DNA of 35,926 nt from Candidatus Krumholzibacteriia bacterium (GTDB lineage Bacteria > Krumholzibacteriota > Krumholzibacteriia > LZORAL124-64-63). The position numbers were made by a program, and so were the translations under genes. Positions 35,710-35,926 of this stretch are shown here, one piece after another (position 1 is the stretch's first letter; every line of letters begins with the position of its first letter). The notes under the pieces are model-generated. The model was not told the DNA's origin. It made no database searches and worked only from the letters and a program-made list of their open reading frames with translations. Location of the stretch: the NCBI GenBank assembly GCA_046484865.1, contig JAWOID010000021.1:1-35926 (forward strand). Reading direction: 5' to 3'.

Positions 35710-35926
35710 GGCATGCTCCTTCCTGTCGACCGGTCGGGACGACCCATCTTACGGCAGCCCGGCGGGGGGGCAAGTCCGATGAGCGAGGCCGAGGCACGGC
35801 GGTGGCGATCGCGGCCCGGGCGGTCCGGACCGGATCGGCCCGCAACCTTGGCGCCGCGAGAACGTCTTCTGCCTCGATGTCCGGTACTCTCCACCTGCCG
35901 TGCTCGCCGCCTCGCCGGTGGCAGGA

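Noticed and set aside
35715..35926. Possible gene at the right edge
   Set aside because: No frame gives a recognisable protein; the sequence is too short and truncated to call.

Overview
Very GC-rich bacterial chromosomal window. The YPNPFN/FlgD-Ig lipoprotein and the secreted-protein fragment suggest an FCB-related lineage such as Krumholzibacteria/Latescibacterota; that assignment is inference only. Almost all genes are on the minus strand. From left to right: (1) a ~384-bp IS-like remnant with 26-bp terminal inverted repeats; (2) an arsenic/thiol-redox operon (arsR, ArsP-type permease, MTH895/ArsE-like, thioredoxin, CcdA-like, ArsF-like, arsC, acr3) followed by a SIMPL gene, with a palindromic operator; (3) a divergent membrane protein and a Cys-rich mini-protein; (4) citrate lyase as a CitD-CitE fusion plus CitF; (5) a lower-GC intergenic region with DnaA-box-like 9-mers; (6) a peptidase run (PepD, M1, lipoprotein, M16) downstream of tpiA; (7) a 58-aa desulforedoxin-like gene missed by the ORF track; (8) a type III PKS, methyltransferase, ACP and FAAL cluster; (9) DUF2007, YugP-like peptidase, PNP, ADP-ribosylglycohydrolase, rhomboid, ZIP transporter, LigC, a GAF protein, a frameshifted gene fragment and a Ub-Mut7-C protein; (10) a zinc-ribbon, lemA, htpX-like operon. 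No rRNA, tRNA or CRISPR array was recognised. All family calls come from motif recognition by eye, without database searches.
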